Positions 29,567 to 40,300 of a DNA stretch of 64,000 nt are shown piece by piece. The notes beneath the pieces are model-generated. The model had not been told where the DNA came from. It made no database searches and saw only the letters and a list, made by a program, of their open reading frames with translations. The translations under genes were made by a program, and so were the position numbers. The DNA comes from an uncultured Planctomycetaceae bacterium. GTDB taxonomy: Bacteria > Planctomycetota > Planctomycetia > Planctomycetales > Planctomycetaceae. The stretch's first letter is position 1. Every line of letters begins with the position of its first letter. The stretch is taken from assembly GCA_963976765.1 (NCBI GenBank), contig CAXBME010000028.1, forward strand, positions 1 to 64,000, given 5' to 3'.

Positions 29567-30672
29567 GTGGCGAAATCGCCTTCGTACATAGCGCGCTCAG
29601 ACGTGGTGGGGCCGAACGATTGCGGTATACCGTTTTGAAGGAACTCGCCGAACGGAACGTGGCATGCCGAGTCTGCTTGTTCAATGGCGATGGCGATCTG
29701 GTTCCCGCCGTACGAGACCTCGGAATTCCCGTCGATGTCTTAAACGTTTCGGGAAAGATCTACAGCCTGAAGACAACTCTTCGACTGGCAGACTGGCTGA
29801 AGAAAACGCAGCCGTCGATCGTCCACGGTGGCCAGTTTCTCACAAACCTTCATACCACGGCGGCAGCAAAACTGGCAGGCATCGGACCGGTCATCATCGA
29901 AGAGCACGGCCACAACCGTTGGAAACGCTGGCATCACCGGATGCTTGACCGCCTGGTCTGCAGTCGCGCCGACGGAGTCGTGTGCTGCTCTGGCAGTGTC
30001 AAACGGGTCGCACAGGCATCAATGCAGGTTCCCGACGACCGATTCCACGTCTTGCATAACTGCATCGACCTGGCAGAAATCGGAGGACGCTCTGAAACCA
30101 GGTCGACCGTCAGGGGCAGCCTCAATGTGGCAGATGACGAGATCCTGGTGGGGACCGTCGGAACTCTTCGTCCGGAAAAAGGACACAGCGTCCTGATTCG
30201 AGCCTGGCGTCAGCTTTGTGAGCAGCATTCAGACATTCGAGCCAGACTGGTGATCGTTGGTGATGGCCCCATTCGACAGCAACTGCACGACGAAGCGAAG
30301 GATGTACCTGGAATCGTCTGGGCCGGAAGTCGATCCGACGTCGGGGAAGTCCTGGCGGCAATGGACGTCTTCGTGTTTCCGTCCGTCGACGAAGGTCTCG
30401 GAATCGCGCTGCTGGAGGCAATGGCCACCGGACTTCCATCAGTCGTCAGCAACGAAGGCGGCATTCCCGAAATTGTGACCGACGGTGAAACCGGACTCAT
30501 TGTAGAAGCTGGAGATTCGAACGCACTTTGTGAAGGACTCGCGAGAATTTCACGCGAAATTGATCTCAGGCGAGCCCTCGGCAGTGCAGCTCAAATGGTT
30601 GCTCTTAGCGGACACACGCCGTCCGTGTATTGTCAGCGTCTTCTGGACATTCATCGGCAGCTATCGAGCTAG
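29563..30672 (+). CDS. Glycosyltransferase family 4
   Basis: ATGA overlap; GGAER, HNCID, VGTL..EKG, DVFVFPS..EGLGIALLEAMA.GLP. Confidence 0.92.
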   Translation: MSGEIAFVHSALRRGGAERLRYTVLKELAERNVACRVCLFNGDGDLVPAVRDLGIPVDVLNVSGKIYSLKTTLRLADWLKKTQPSIVHGGQFLTNLHTTAAAKLAGIGPVIIEEHGHNRWKRWHHRMLDRLVCSRADGVVCCSGSVKRVAQASMQVPDDRFHVLHNCIDLAEIGGRSETRSTVRGSLNVADDEILVGTVGTLRPEKGHSVLIRAWRQLCEQHSDIRARLVIVGDGPIRQQLHDEAKDVPGIVWAGSRSDVGEVLAAMDVFVFPSVDEGLGIALLEAMATGLPSVVSNEGGIPEIVTDGETGLIVEAGDSNALCEGLARISREIDLRRALGSAAQMVALSGHTPSVYCQRLLDIHRQLSS

Positions 30673-30725
30673 TCAGGAATGGTTGCGATACAGGTATCAC
30701 CTTTCACCGCAACTGGAGGAAATCA

Positions 30726-32033
30726 GTGCAGGAAAACGGATTACACCCTTCCGGATCAATAAAGGTGTCACCGAATGAGCTTGCCAGAATTCTGCGCGTA
30801 TTCTGGATTGGTCTTGCGATGCGTTGCGGGCTCGTCCTGACGTTGCAGGCAACGGGCGTAGAACGATCGTTGAAGCTGACCAAAGACGCCTTCCTTTATG
30901 ACTCCATCGGCAAGCAGATTGCCGAGCATTACCGAACCAATGGCGGAACCAGCTGGCCAGACCGGGTTTCTGGCGTACTGGACCATCTATACGAGTACTT
31001 TGTCGGACTAACGTATTACTTAACCGATGACTCGATGCTGGTTGTTCGACTGGTCAACGTGCTCGCCGGTTGCCTGACTGTACTTGCCACATGGCGAATG
31101 GCTCGGTACGTCACCGACGCGGACACCGCCTATCGATGTGGCTTGTGGGCGTGCTTTTTCCCGACGCAGTTCTACTACTCGTGTCTGCCGGTTCGGGATG
31201 CACAAAGCACACTGGCAATGACACTGGTCTTTATGGGAATGACAGCCCTGACTTCGGGAGGAAAGCGTACGCATATTCTCGCGCTTCCGCTCGGAATCCT
31301 CATGACAGCCGGATACAGAACGTACGTCGCTTCGGTCCTCGTATTTCTTGTTCCGGTCGGCTTGTGCGCCGCAGTGTTTCTGGCCCGATCAAACAACAAG
31401 TCGAAGCTTTTGAGCAGAGCAGCACTGCTGGGTGTCATCGCGCTTGGAATTGCCGGCCCTGCGGGAATCGAACAGCTTTCGTCAACCGGGAAAGCCACTA
31501 AAGTCATGGACATGGATTACTGGAATTCGACACGGCAGAAAATGAATCGAGGCAGCGGGGCTTTGTACGACGGTGAAGACGTTCCGGAACTTGGCAAATC
31601 AATCGTCGGCACAGCGCAGGGAATTGCGATCGGTCTGTACTTCTTTTTTGTCAGCGTTAACCCAACAGAAATGGACAGCGTTCGACAATGGATGGCCTTA
31701 CCAGAAGTGCTGATCGTCCTCTACATGGTCCCTAAACTGTATCGAGGATTCAGGCGGATCATGCGACATCATCGCTTCGAATTTATTGCTGTCCTCTTTG
31801 TCGCCATGGCCATCACGTTTGCGTACTCCAGTGTGACCACGAACGCCGGACCGTTGATGAGGTGGCGTTTGCAGGTGGCCAATGTCTATATCGTGATCGC
31901 AGCCATTGGACTTTCACGGAGCTACTCGTCCGAAAGACGGCACCGTTCACAACTCCAGATTTCAGATCTCGACAGGTCGCGTGATAGACGCGAATCAACG
32001 CCGTCGGGTTTGCAATTGCAGCCCGGTCGTTAG
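30726..32033 (+). CDS. Polytopic membrane protein, putative GT-C / Wzy-like polysaccharide polymerase
   Basis: GGAGGA RBS and GTG at 30726; ~10 TM segments; DA..YD, RD, N.G...R.R motifs; located in an EPS operon. Confidence 0.65.
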   Translation: MQENGLHPSGSIKVSPNELARILRVFWIGLAMRCGLVLTLQATGVERSLKLTKDAFLYDSIGKQIAEHYRTNGGTSWPDRVSGVLDHLYEYFVGLTYYLTDDSMLVVRLVNVLAGCLTVLATWRMARYVTDADTAYRCGLWACFFPTQFYYSCLPVRDAQSTLAMTLVFMGMTALTSGGKRTHILALPLGILMTAGYRTYVASVLVFLVPVGLCAAVFLARSNNKSKLLSRAALLGVIALGIAGPAGIEQLSSTGKATKVMDMDYWNSTRQKMNRGSGALYDGEDVPELGKSIVGTAQGIAIGLYFFFVSVNPTEMDSVRQWMALPEVLIVLYMVPKLYRGFRRIMRHHRFEFIAVLFVAMAITFAYSSVTTNAGPLMRWRLQVANVYIVIAAIGLSRSYSSERRHRSQLQISDLDRSRDRRESTPSGLQLQPGR

Positions 32034-32084
32034 GCAGCTCGATGATCTGCTTTGACCAGTTGTTTGCCTTCGGAACCTCCAGCC

Positions 32085-33302
32085 ATGTCGTCAGTGCCGT
32101 CACCAGAGTCCAATCAGATTTTGCCGCTGGCGGTGATCTGCGGAGCTTCTGCGACGGGTCTGGGAGTTGGTCGAGATCTGGGACGGCGCGGCGTCTCCGT
32201 AGTTTTTGCTGATTTCGAATCTTTTCGTCCGGGATTTGTCAGCCGATACGTCAGCAAAGTCGAACCCGGAATCACTGCGAAGTCAGAAGAAGATCTGGTT
32301 GAGAAACTGGTAGCACTTGGAAGTCGACAGCCCGTCAAACCCGTGCTGTTTCAAACAACCGATCAGATGGTTCTGCTGATCGCCCAGCATCGCGAGCAAC
32401 TCGACCAGCACTTCCACATTGCCAATTCAACCCGTCCCGGAATTGCGGACGTAGTCACCGACAAAAAATCCTTCTACGAGCTGTGCGTCAAACATGGAGT
32501 CGTGGCGCCTCGAACTTCGTTTCCCGAGACACTCGAACAGGCGCTGACCGTCAAAAGTGAGTTCGACTTTCCGGTCATCATCAAACCGATTCACGGGCAC
32601 CTCTGGCGAGAGCGGCTCAAGGGACGAAAGCTTCTGACGGCAGCCTCTCCAGATGAGTATGAGCAGATCGTCAAAAAATTTGCAGACGATATTCGCGAGC
32701 TGATGGTTCAGGAGTTGATTCCGGGCCCGGAGAGTAATCTCTGGATCGGCGGACTTTACTTACGACAACGTGACGGCGAGCCGGGAGCGATCTTCACCGG
32801 TCGCAAGCTGCGTCAACACCCTCCGGGTTTCGGCAGTGCCTCGCTGGCCGATGCCTCCCCGAATGAAGACGTAGTCAGACTCAGCGTCAAGTTTCTACGG
32901 GAAATTGGCTACCGGGGCGTATGTGGGACCGAGTTCAAATTCGACGAACGCGATTCACAATACAAGATGGTCGAGGTGAATCCTCGGCAGACACTCTGGT
33001 TTGCGCTGATTGACGCTTCCGGAATTCCTCTGAATTATTATGCGTATTGTGATCTCGGCGGCTTGCCACTTCCGAAAGCTGGCAGCCTGCGCGACGGCAC
33101 GAAATGGATTCTTTTTGAGAAGGACCTGATCACGTCGATCGGGTACATCCTTAAAGGCAAGCTGGGTTTGTTCCGGTGGCTCGGTTCGTACCGCAACATC
33201 CGCGTCCACGCAGTGATGTCAATGAGCGATCGACGACCGATGTTCAGCCTTCTTCGAACCTACGCCGTTCGAGTGTGGAGTCGGTTCATCCTCCGGTCGT
33301 GA
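32085..33302 (+). CDS. ATP-grasp carboxylate-amine ligase (D-aspartate ligase-like)
   Basis: GLGV.R.LG, DK..FY.LC...G...P.T, FPVIIKP, QE.IPG, K.RQ.P..FG, EFK.D.RD..YK..EVNPR. Confidence 0.85.
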   Translation: MSSVPSPESNQILPLAVICGASATGLGVGRDLGRRGVSVVFADFESFRPGFVSRYVSKVEPGITAKSEEDLVEKLVALGSRQPVKPVLFQTTDQMVLLIAQHREQLDQHFHIANSTRPGIADVVTDKKSFYELCVKHGVVAPRTSFPETLEQALTVKSEFDFPVIIKPIHGHLWRERLKGRKLLTAASPDEYEQIVKKFADDIRELMVQELIPGPESNLWIGGLYLRQRDGEPGAIFTGRKLRQHPPGFGSASLADASPNEDVVRLSVKFLREIGYRGVCGTEFKFDERDSQYKMVEVNPRQTLWFALIDASGIPLNYYAYCDLGGLPLPKAGSLRDGTKWILFEKDLITSIGYILKGKLGLFRWLGSYRNIRVHAVMSMSDRRPMFSLLRTYAVRVWSRFILRS

Positions 33303-33445
33303 CAACCGCCAACTCACCCAACCGCCAACTCACCCAACCGCCAACTCACCCAACCGCCAACTCACCCAACACCAACTCACCCAACACCAACTCACCCAAC
33401 ACCAACTCACCCAACACCAACTCACCCAACACCAGCTCACCCAAC
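33303..33445 (+). repeat. Intergenic minisatellite: 4 x CAACCGCCAACTCACC (16 bp) + 5 x CAACACCAACTCACC (15 bp, last with one mismatch) + CAAC
   Basis: Units read directly; starts immediately after the TGA at 33300-33302. Confidence 0.95.
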
Positions 33446-33494
33446 TGCTGATTCATCTGGCTACGAAACGCGACTTCCAACTAACGTGCGACAC

Positions 33495-34478
33495 ATGTTT
33501 GACGCAGAAAAAACATCTCCAACCAGTCCGTTAGCAGAAGACGACTGCGGTACCTTTGTGATTTCGCTCGACTTCGAACTCGCGTGGGGAACGCGCGGGC
33601 GACCGGCAGCTTCGAAAGTTGGTCCGTATCTCGACGGCGCTCGAGACGCGATCACGCAGATGCTGGCTCTGTTTGAAGAGTTCAGAATATCTGCAACCTG
33701 GGCAACTGTCGGTGCGCTGCTGATGGCACAACCGGGTGCTCAGCGTCGCCACCGCATGATCACCGGCTCGCGTTTTGATGATATCCCTGCGGGAGATCAC
33801 CTTTCCGCACCGAACTGGTACGCCGAGGATATTCTTGACCAGCTACTGGACTGCCCGGTACCGCAGGAAATCGGCTGTCACACGCTCACTCATCTTTACG
33901 TCAATACGCAGCCGGAAGGACGCCAGCCACTGGCCGACGAACTCGACCTGTTTCTTGAACTGTTCGAGGAGTTGCGATTGCCTCGGCCTCGCAGTTTCGT
34001 CTTCCCGAAAGCGTACCAGGCCCACTTCGACCTACTGGCCGAACGGGACTTTTACGCGTACCGCGGCCCCGAAGATCGCTGGTACGAATCGTTGCCCGGC
34101 ACGATTCCGGCGGCAGGAATTCGACTCGCCGATTCCGTCGTTGGATTCACGCCCCAGGTACGTCGATGCGAACATCACTCCCGTAACCTGTGGATGATTC
34201 CGGCATCGCAGTTCTACTCACCATTTATGGGTGTGGGCCGGTATGTCCCGTTGCAGTCTCGAGTCCGCAAGGCCATCAACGGCCTCAATCATGCGGCGCA
34301 TCGCGGTGGTGTCTATCACTTGTGGACTCACCCGTTCAACATGGGATACCGCACCGCGGAGTTGCTGAGCGGGTTCCGGCAAATCCTTGACCATGCCGCC
34401 CAGCTTCGCACCGCCGGCAAGCTGACGATTCAACCAATGACTCAACTGAATTCGGTGGAATGCTCCCGTGCCGCCTGA
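33495..34478 (+). CDS. Polysaccharide deacetylase family protein (CE4/NodB-like)
   Basis: ISLDFEL.WG, ATWATVG, EIGCHT..H, SFVFP, HLW.HP.N. Confidence 0.85.
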   Translation: MFDAEKTSPTSPLAEDDCGTFVISLDFELAWGTRGRPAASKVGPYLDGARDAITQMLALFEEFRISATWATVGALLMAQPGAQRRHRMITGSRFDDIPAGDHLSAPNWYAEDILDQLLDCPVPQEIGCHTLTHLYVNTQPEGRQPLADELDLFLELFEELRLPRPRSFVFPKAYQAHFDLLAERDFYAYRGPEDRWYESLPGTIPAAGIRLADSVVGFTPQVRRCEHHSRNLWMIPASQFYSPFMGVGRYVPLQSRVRKAINGLNHAAHRGGVYHLWTHPFNMGYRTAELLSGFRQILDHAAQLRTAGKLTIQPMTQLNSVECSRAA

Positions 34479-34795
34479 GCTTGATGCTGGAAACGTTTCG
34501 CGAGACATCTCGATGCACCGCTGACGACCGCGCTGCACCTCACGTGGCGTTTCAAGACGCCGCTGCCCTGAAGCAACTCACGAAATACGCATTACCGCTC
34601 GATCCTCGATTTGCATCGTCCCGGCTGTGCGTAATCTCTGAAGACAGACCAGCCACGCACTTCTCCTCGACATGAAGAAGCGATACCGCTGTGCATGCTG
34701 GCGTTTGCTGGTCCGTTGGTGGTGGATCATTTAGAACTGCAAACCAGACTCGCTCAATCATCAATTCGCACAATGTTCAACTTACTGGCGTCAGT

Positions 34796-37700
34796 ATGAA
34801 GACAACGGTTCTGCAGTCACTGATCGTGGTCCTGCTTTCGGGAGGTAGCTTCGAAGCGGCCGAGCCGGCGACGTTCAAGGCGAGCATTCAGCCGCTCGTT
34901 CAGAAGTACTGCCAGCGTTGCCACAACGTCGACAGGATGACGTCGGGAATCCGAGTGGATCAGCTTGATGGTTCGCTGGAAGATCGCCACCTGTTTCTCT
35001 GGAAGGACATCCTCAGGCAACTCGATGATGAAGCCATGCCGCCGGAAGACGAACCTCAGCCGACGGTCGAAGAACGAAAGCTGCTTGTTGACTGGATCAA
35101 TCAGGCCCTGATCAAAGCTCGATCTCGTAACACAGCGAAAAATGGTTCCGTTCGCCGACTGACGGTCGCTCAGTATCGAAACACGCTGCGGGATCTGCTG
35201 GGGTTGGAAGACAACGTCACCGACATTCTTCCAGCCGATGGTGTTTCTAAAGATGGCTTCCTCAACAACGGCCAGACGATGGAGCTGTCGCCGCTGCTGA
35301 TTGAGGCTTATTTCGAGGTCGCTGAGAAGGCGTTAGACCGGTGCATCGTCGACGAAAATGAAAAACCGTCGATTCAGAATTTCCGCATGGACCTCGGAGC
35401 GGGCATCAATCCAGAACCGTATCCCGAACCGCTCATTCTGGGAGCGTTGAATCACCTGCTGCCGAATCAGGATTTCATGGTGACTCAACTGACGGCTCAG
35501 AAGCCGTTTCACTTTGCCCCGTTCTTCATGAAGACGAAGTACCGATTCAATGAGGGTTACCAGGGAAACTCGACGGTCCGCGGCTGGAGAGAATACGACA
35601 GCATTTATCACTCCGTCTTTGCCTGCATGCGAGGCAAGCCGGGGTACCCCAAAGGGCTCGCCTATCAAACTGTTCCCGAGGGCTTGCTGCTGCGACCGTC
35701 CGTTCCAAGTGCCGAACTCTTTCAGGTTGAAAGCACGTACGGACCGCAAGCCAACTTCAAGATTTCTCTGCGGGAGTTGCCGGACCACGGACGATTCCGC
35801 GTCACCGTCAAAGCGGCCAGGTACAACGACGGCCTGTTGCTCGATCCGGGAAGCCAACCAGCAGCAAACGCAACTGCGGAAGATTCATTGATCATTCATG
35901 ATCTCACGTCACCACAAACGTTGCATGTTAAAAAGGCCGGCGTTTACCAGGTCGACGTTCACCTGGCAGCCCCTTCTGAAGAAACGGTCACGCCAGACAG
36001 TTCGAAGCTGACTGAGGAACTGGTCGGATCATGGTCACTCAACGGAAACGCGGTGGCACAATCAGAACGAAAAGAGTTGACCGGTCGCCTTGAAGGTGAC
36101 GCACAGTTTGTGGACTCGCCATTCGGCCAGGCGATTTCACTCGATGGAGATAGCGACGCGGTCGTGATTCCCCGAAACGAGTCGATGAACGTCGGTGAGG
36201 GCGACTTCACCGTGGCGGCCTGGATTCGCCCTCACGAACTTCGGCAGGGCGGCATCTTCTGCCTCGGAAAATACAGTTGGACTCACGGCTGGTACTTCGA
36301 CATGCCCAACAATCAGGGCGTGCTGCGAATCGAAACAGTCAGCCCGGCTAATCAAGCCAACGGAACTGTTGCAACGCGACCAGGCATCATCCGTAAGAAC
36401 AAGTGGCAGCACGTCGCAGCAGTCGTCCGCCGTGGGCAAAACAAGACAGAGCTTTTCGTCAACGGCTACAAAGTCGCGGCAGGCAGCGTCGCTCCAACAA
36501 ACCTGGATAATTCAAACATCAGTCTGCACATCGGTCGCATTCAGGATGCTCAGCAGTTCAAGGGCGAGATCGACGAAGTGCACTTCTTCCGTCGCGCGTT
36601 AGGCATTGCCGAGCTTCAGGCCCTGCTTGAACCCGGTCGTAAGTTCGTTCAGCCACCACCTCCAGAGAAACCGAAGACGCTCAATCTGCAAATCGGCCAG
36701 AATTATTTCGCAGGAACGCTCCAGCAACCGGCCTTCCTGGCCATGCGGTTGCCTGCCGGCCCGATCCCAGTCGTCACAAAGTACGATGGAGCCTCGATTC
36801 CTCACCGCGTTGTGTTCAGCCGCGTCGATGAGTCTTCGGAGCTCGGAGCGAAGTTTGCTACGTTCGAGAAACGACTGCCACGCCTCGGAGTGCATGTCGG
36901 ACTTCGACGTGACTGTGGCAGCACGTTGACTCAGGTCGGGCGTGCTCAACCAATTGTCGGTCACGAACTGGCCAGCTATGTCTTCGAGGGAGCAATCAGC
37001 AATTTTCCGAGTCCCGACGTCCAGAAAGACAACGACAACTACCTGGCAGGCGTTCGTGAGATCGGCGTTCGCAGTGAATACACCGACGGTCGCGACATGC
37101 CTCGTATGCTTGTCCGGTCGGTCGAGTTTGAAGGGCCCTACTACGAAACCTGGCCACCCGAGGCGCACCGTCGAATTTTCATCGAGTCCAATCACAAGAA
37201 CGACAAGCCAGCTTATGCGAGAGAATTGATTCGAAACTTTGCGACCCGCGCGTTTCGTCGACCTGTTTCGGACGCGGAATCGGACTCGCTCGTCGCCGTG
37301 TTCGACAGCTCATTTTCCGAGACGAACGATTTCACACAGAGCGTAAAGGATGCGTTGCTCGTCACACTGACCTCGCCGCAGTTTCTTTTCCTGACAGAAA
37401 ACAGCGGCAGCCCGGAAGGCGAACTGCTCGACGGCCACGAACTGGCATCGAAGTTGTCTTACTTCCTGTGGAACGCCGCTCCGGATAATCGACTCCGTGC
37501 GCTGGCGGAATCCAACAAGCTGCACACGTCGGTCAATGCCGAAGTCGAAAGAATGATTCTCGATCCGCAGTTCGAACAGTTCACGCGCGAGTTCGTTTCC
37601 CAGTGGCTGCAGCTCGACAAGTTCGAGGTCGTCGAGATTGATCGGAAACGGTATCCGAAGCTGCTTCGCGACACAAAAAAGCAATTGCGAAATGAGCCGG

Positions 37701-38416
37701 TCCAACTGGTTCAGTATTTAATGACAGAGAATCGGCCACTGCGGGAGCTCGTCCAGGCTGACTTCATCATCGCCAACGAAGTCGTCGCCAGTTACTACGA
37801 TCTTGGCGGCAGGACGGAGCGCGGGTTTGACTTCGTTGCCATCCCGCATGACCGGAAAAATCTCGGCGGCATCCTGACGAACGCGGGAATCCTCGCCGGA
37901 CTGTCCGACGGACGCGAGTCAAATCCCGTCAAGCGAGGTGCCTGGCTGGCTCGAAAAATCATCTCTGAGCCGCCCGATGATCCGCCGCCGAACGTACCGG
38001 CGTTGCCCGAAGAAGAGTCTCATCTGACACTCCGCGAAAAACTGGGGCGGCATCGTAATCAGCCGGGTTGTGCGAAGTGTCACGAAGGGATTGATCCGTG
38101 GGGAATCCCGTTTGAACAATTCGACGCAGGAGGGTTGTTCAAACTGACCGAGTCAGTGGATGCCCGCTCGACACTTCCCGACGGGACTGAGGTTGCAGAT
38201 CTGAACGCACTGAAGACGTACCTTGCGGAAGATCGGATTGATCAGGTTGCGTTCAGCTTTCTTAAACATCTGACTTCATACGCGATCGGTCGCAGCCTGA
38301 CGTACAACGAGATTGAGTTTCTGAAGGAACACGGAGTAGGATTGAGGACCAACGACTACCGCATGCAGGACATGATCCGGTTTGTCGTGAACAGTGAAAT
38401 GTTTCTTGAGAAGTAA
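34796..38416 (+). CDS. DUF1592-family (PSD-type) protein with N-terminal cytochrome c-like domain and internal LamG-like domain
   Basis: Signal peptide; CQRCH...MPP; RRLT..QY.NTLRDL; LamG-like FTVAAWI...WQHVAAV...[39 protein letters not shown]. Confidence 0.9.
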   Translation: MKTTVLQSLIVVLLSGGSFEAAEPATFKASIQPLVQKYCQRCHNVDRMTSGIRVDQLDGSLEDRHLFLWKDILRQLDDEAMPPEDEPQPTVEERKLLVDWINQALIKARSRNTAKNGSVRRLTVAQYRNTLRDLLGLEDNVTDILPADGVSKDGFLNNGQTMELSPLLIEAYFEVAEKALDRCIVDENEKPSIQNFRMDLGAGINPEPYPEPLILGALNHLLPNQDFMVTQLTAQKPFHFAPFFMKTKYRFNEGYQGNSTVRGWREYDSIYHSVFACMRGKPGYPKGLAYQTVPEGLLLRPSVPSAELFQVESTYGPQANFKISLRELPDHGRFRVTVKAARYNDGLLLDPGSQPAANATAEDSLIIHDLTSPQTLHVKKAGVYQVDVHLAAPSEETVTPDSSKLTEELVGSWSLNGNAVAQSERKELTGRLEGDAQFVDSPFGQAISLDGDSDAVVIPRNESMNVGEGDFTVAAWIRPHELRQGGIFCLGKYSWTHGWYFDMPNNQGVLRIETVSPANQANGTVATRPGIIRKNKWQHVAAVVRRGQNKTELFVNGYKVAAGSVAPTNLDNSNISLHIGRIQDAQQFKGEIDEVHFFRRALGIAELQALLEPGRKFVQPPPPEKPKTLNLQIGQNYFAGTLQQPAFLAMRLPAGPIPVVTKYDGASIPHRVVFSRVDESSELGAKFATFEKRLPRLGVHVGLRRDCGSTLTQVGRAQPIVGHELASYVFEGAISNFPSPDVQKDNDNYLAGVREIGVRSEYTDGRDMPRMLVRSVEFEGPYYETWPPEAHRRIFIESNHKNDKPAYARELIRNFATRAFRRPVSDAESDSLVAVFDSSFSETNDFTQSVKDALLVTLTSPQFLFLTENSGSPEGELLDGHELASKLSYFLWNAAPDNRLRALAESNKLHTSVNAEVERMILDPQFEQFTREFVSQWLQLDKFEVVEIDRKRYPKLLRDTKKQLRNEPVQLVQYLMTENRPLRELVQADFIIANEVVASYYDLGGRTERGFDFVAIPHDRKNLGGILTNAGILAGLSDGRESNPVKRGAWLARKIISEPPDDPPPNVPALPEEESHLTLREKLGRHRNQPGCAKCHEGIDPWGIPFEQFDAGGLFKLTESVDARSTLPDGTEVADLNALKTYLAEDRIDQVAFSFLKHLTSYAIGRSLTYNEIEFLKEHGVGLRTNDYRMQDMIRFVVNSEMFLEK

Positions 38417-38490
38417 GCCTGCGCCTGCCGACGATCAATCAGTCGTCCCTTCCTCGCGAGTTCCACATCCCCACTTCCTCGGAATTCACT

Positions 38491-39831
38491 ATGGCCAACT
38501 CTGCCCAACTCGATCGCCGTGCCATTCTTAAAGGTCTCGCCGGAGCCTCACTGGCTTTGCCGGTTCTCGACGCGATGGGCTCTGAAGTTTCTGAACAGAC
38601 GCCTCGCCGGTTTTGTGCACTCTACACAGCCAACGGGATGTCGCTGCCGAATCAGAAAAATGAAATTCCTGAGTGGCACTGGTTTCCAACCGCTGAAGTT
38701 GACGGCCGGTTCGTCTTCGGAAAATCCACCGAGCCGCTGGCCGGATTCCGTGACCACTTAAGCTTTATGGGCGGCCTCTACCACTCAAGCGGCCCGAAGG
38801 CCGACCCGCATGTCTGTTCGGACATGTGGCTGACCGGTGCTCCGCTACACGATTCAAAACCGGGCAAATACAACTCGGTCGGTCTGGACCAGATCATCGC
38901 GCTGCACACCAGACAGCATTGCCGTCAGCCATCACTGGTTCTGTCGATCGATGCGGGCACTGGTTTTCTGTCGCGAACTGGGACGATCTCGTACAGCCTG
39001 GAAGGCAAACCAATCCCTGCTGAGAACAACCCTCGACGAGTCTTCGACCGACTCTTCCGAGGCGACCGGGAATCGCTGAAGTCAAAACGCGACAGCCTGA
39101 AGAAGCGACTCAAACTGGTTGACGCAGTTCTGGAAAACGCAAAGACGTTCAATCGTAGGCTGGGCAAATCTGACAGGCAGAAGATGGACCAGTACCTGAC
39201 CTCGCTGAACGAAGTTGAGTCGCGATTGATCGCGTCCGAAAAGTGGATCGACATTCCAATCAAAGAGCAGGATTACTCGCACCTCGATCTGGACGTCACG
39301 CCGGAAGGCGAGCCTGCCGAATACTACCGCAACATGTTCGACCTGATCGCGCTGGCGTTTGATGCAGACATCACACGCTCGGTCGCCTTTATGCTGAACC
39401 GCGAGGACGGCATGGGCATCAGCGATACGTTCCCGCTGAAACTCGGTTTAAGCCGCACGCATCACAGCCTTTCGCACGCCGGCGACAAAGACGGGCAGCT
39501 GGACTTTGCAAGGTACGACCGGTTCCTCAGCGAACAGCTGGCCTACTTCTTCCAACGATTACAGTCTTACGACGATCGTAACGGCAGCGTCCTTGATAAC
39601 AGCATCGTCCTGTTCGGCAGCGGAGCCAGCACGACTCACAACCCCAGAAACCTCCCGACTCTACTCGCCGGCGGCTCGAACATGGGACTCAAACACGGAA
39701 CCTACTGGAGAGACGGTGAGACGCTGATGTCCGACATGTACCTCAGTATTCTGCGATCCATGAAGATCGAACAGGAATCATTCGCAGACAGCACCGGCGT
39801 GCTTCAGAACTCGATCTTTTCGACTGTCTAA
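38491..39831 (+). CDS. DUF1552 family protein (Tat-like signal)
   Basis: LDRRAILKG...LALP.L.AM; NG; S.DQ; P...F.RLF; D...MDQYL.S..EVE; LAF..D.TR; HH.LSH; G..LDN; H...NLP..LAG. Confidence 0.9.
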   Translation: MANSAQLDRRAILKGLAGASLALPVLDAMGSEVSEQTPRRFCALYTANGMSLPNQKNEIPEWHWFPTAEVDGRFVFGKSTEPLAGFRDHLSFMGGLYHSSGPKADPHVCSDMWLTGAPLHDSKPGKYNSVGLDQIIALHTRQHCRQPSLVLSIDAGTGFLSRTGTISYSLEGKPIPAENNPRRVFDRLFRGDRESLKSKRDSLKKRLKLVDAVLENAKTFNRRLGKSDRQKMDQYLTSLNEVESRLIASEKWIDIPIKEQDYSHLDLDVTPEGEPAEYYRNMFDLIALAFDADITRSVAFMLNREDGMGISDTFPLKLGLSRTHHSLSHAGDKDGQLDFARYDRFLSEQLAYFFQRLQSYDDRNGSVLDNSIVLFGSGASTTHNPRNLPTLLAGGSNMGLKHGTYWRDGETLMSDMYLSILRSMKIEQESFADSTGVLQNSIFSTV

Positions 39832-39849
39832 CAGCCTACTGAATACTCA

Positions 39850-40251
39850 TCACGAAGGTTGCTGTTCCGATGCAGGCTGCATGGCGGCTTTCGATGCGAT
39901 GAACAATGTGCCGAGCAGAATCAGCCACTCGACGGTGGCGAGCGCATATGTCGTCGTGCTGATGCCGGAAAACTGAAAGAAGCTGACCGTGCGAAAGACG
40001 ACCAGACAGCTGTGAACCAGGCAGCACAGCCGCAACGCCCCGACGGTGTCTTCAGCGCGGCGAAGCGGCCACAGAAACGCGATTCCCAGAGCCAGCTCCA
40101 GGCCGCCATAGACAACAAAGAATTCAGACTGGCCCGAGCCTGAGATCAGTTCAAAGCCGACAGCGTTGGCCGTCGCGTCAGGCCGGGCGGCACACCAGAT
40201 CGCCAGGGCGATGTACGCCGCTCCAACGACGGCAAGAAAAATGCGAGCCAT
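39850..40251 (-). CDS. Small membrane protein (DUF4345-like)
   Basis: MARIFLAVVG start; four hydrophobic segments; SEF..VYGGLE motif. Confidence 0.7.
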   Translation of the reverse strand: MARIFLAVVGAAYIALAIWCAARPDATANAVGFELISGSGQSEFFVVYGGLELALGIAFLWPLRRAEDTVGALRLCCLVHSCLVVFRTVSFFQFSGISTTTYALATVEWLILLGTLFIASKAAMQPASEQQPS

Positions 40252-40300
40252 TTGAAATCCCTTTTCATTATGACCTGTGTGTCGAGTCACGGAATTGAGT

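Noticed and set aside
33303..33445. Possible CRISPR array
   Set aside because: Units are head-to-tail with no unique spacers, only 15-16 bp long, and there are no cas genes; it is a minisatellite.
33176..33451. 91-aa ORF with NSPNT repeats
   Set aside because: By-product of the minisatellite; overlaps the ATP-grasp gene out of frame.
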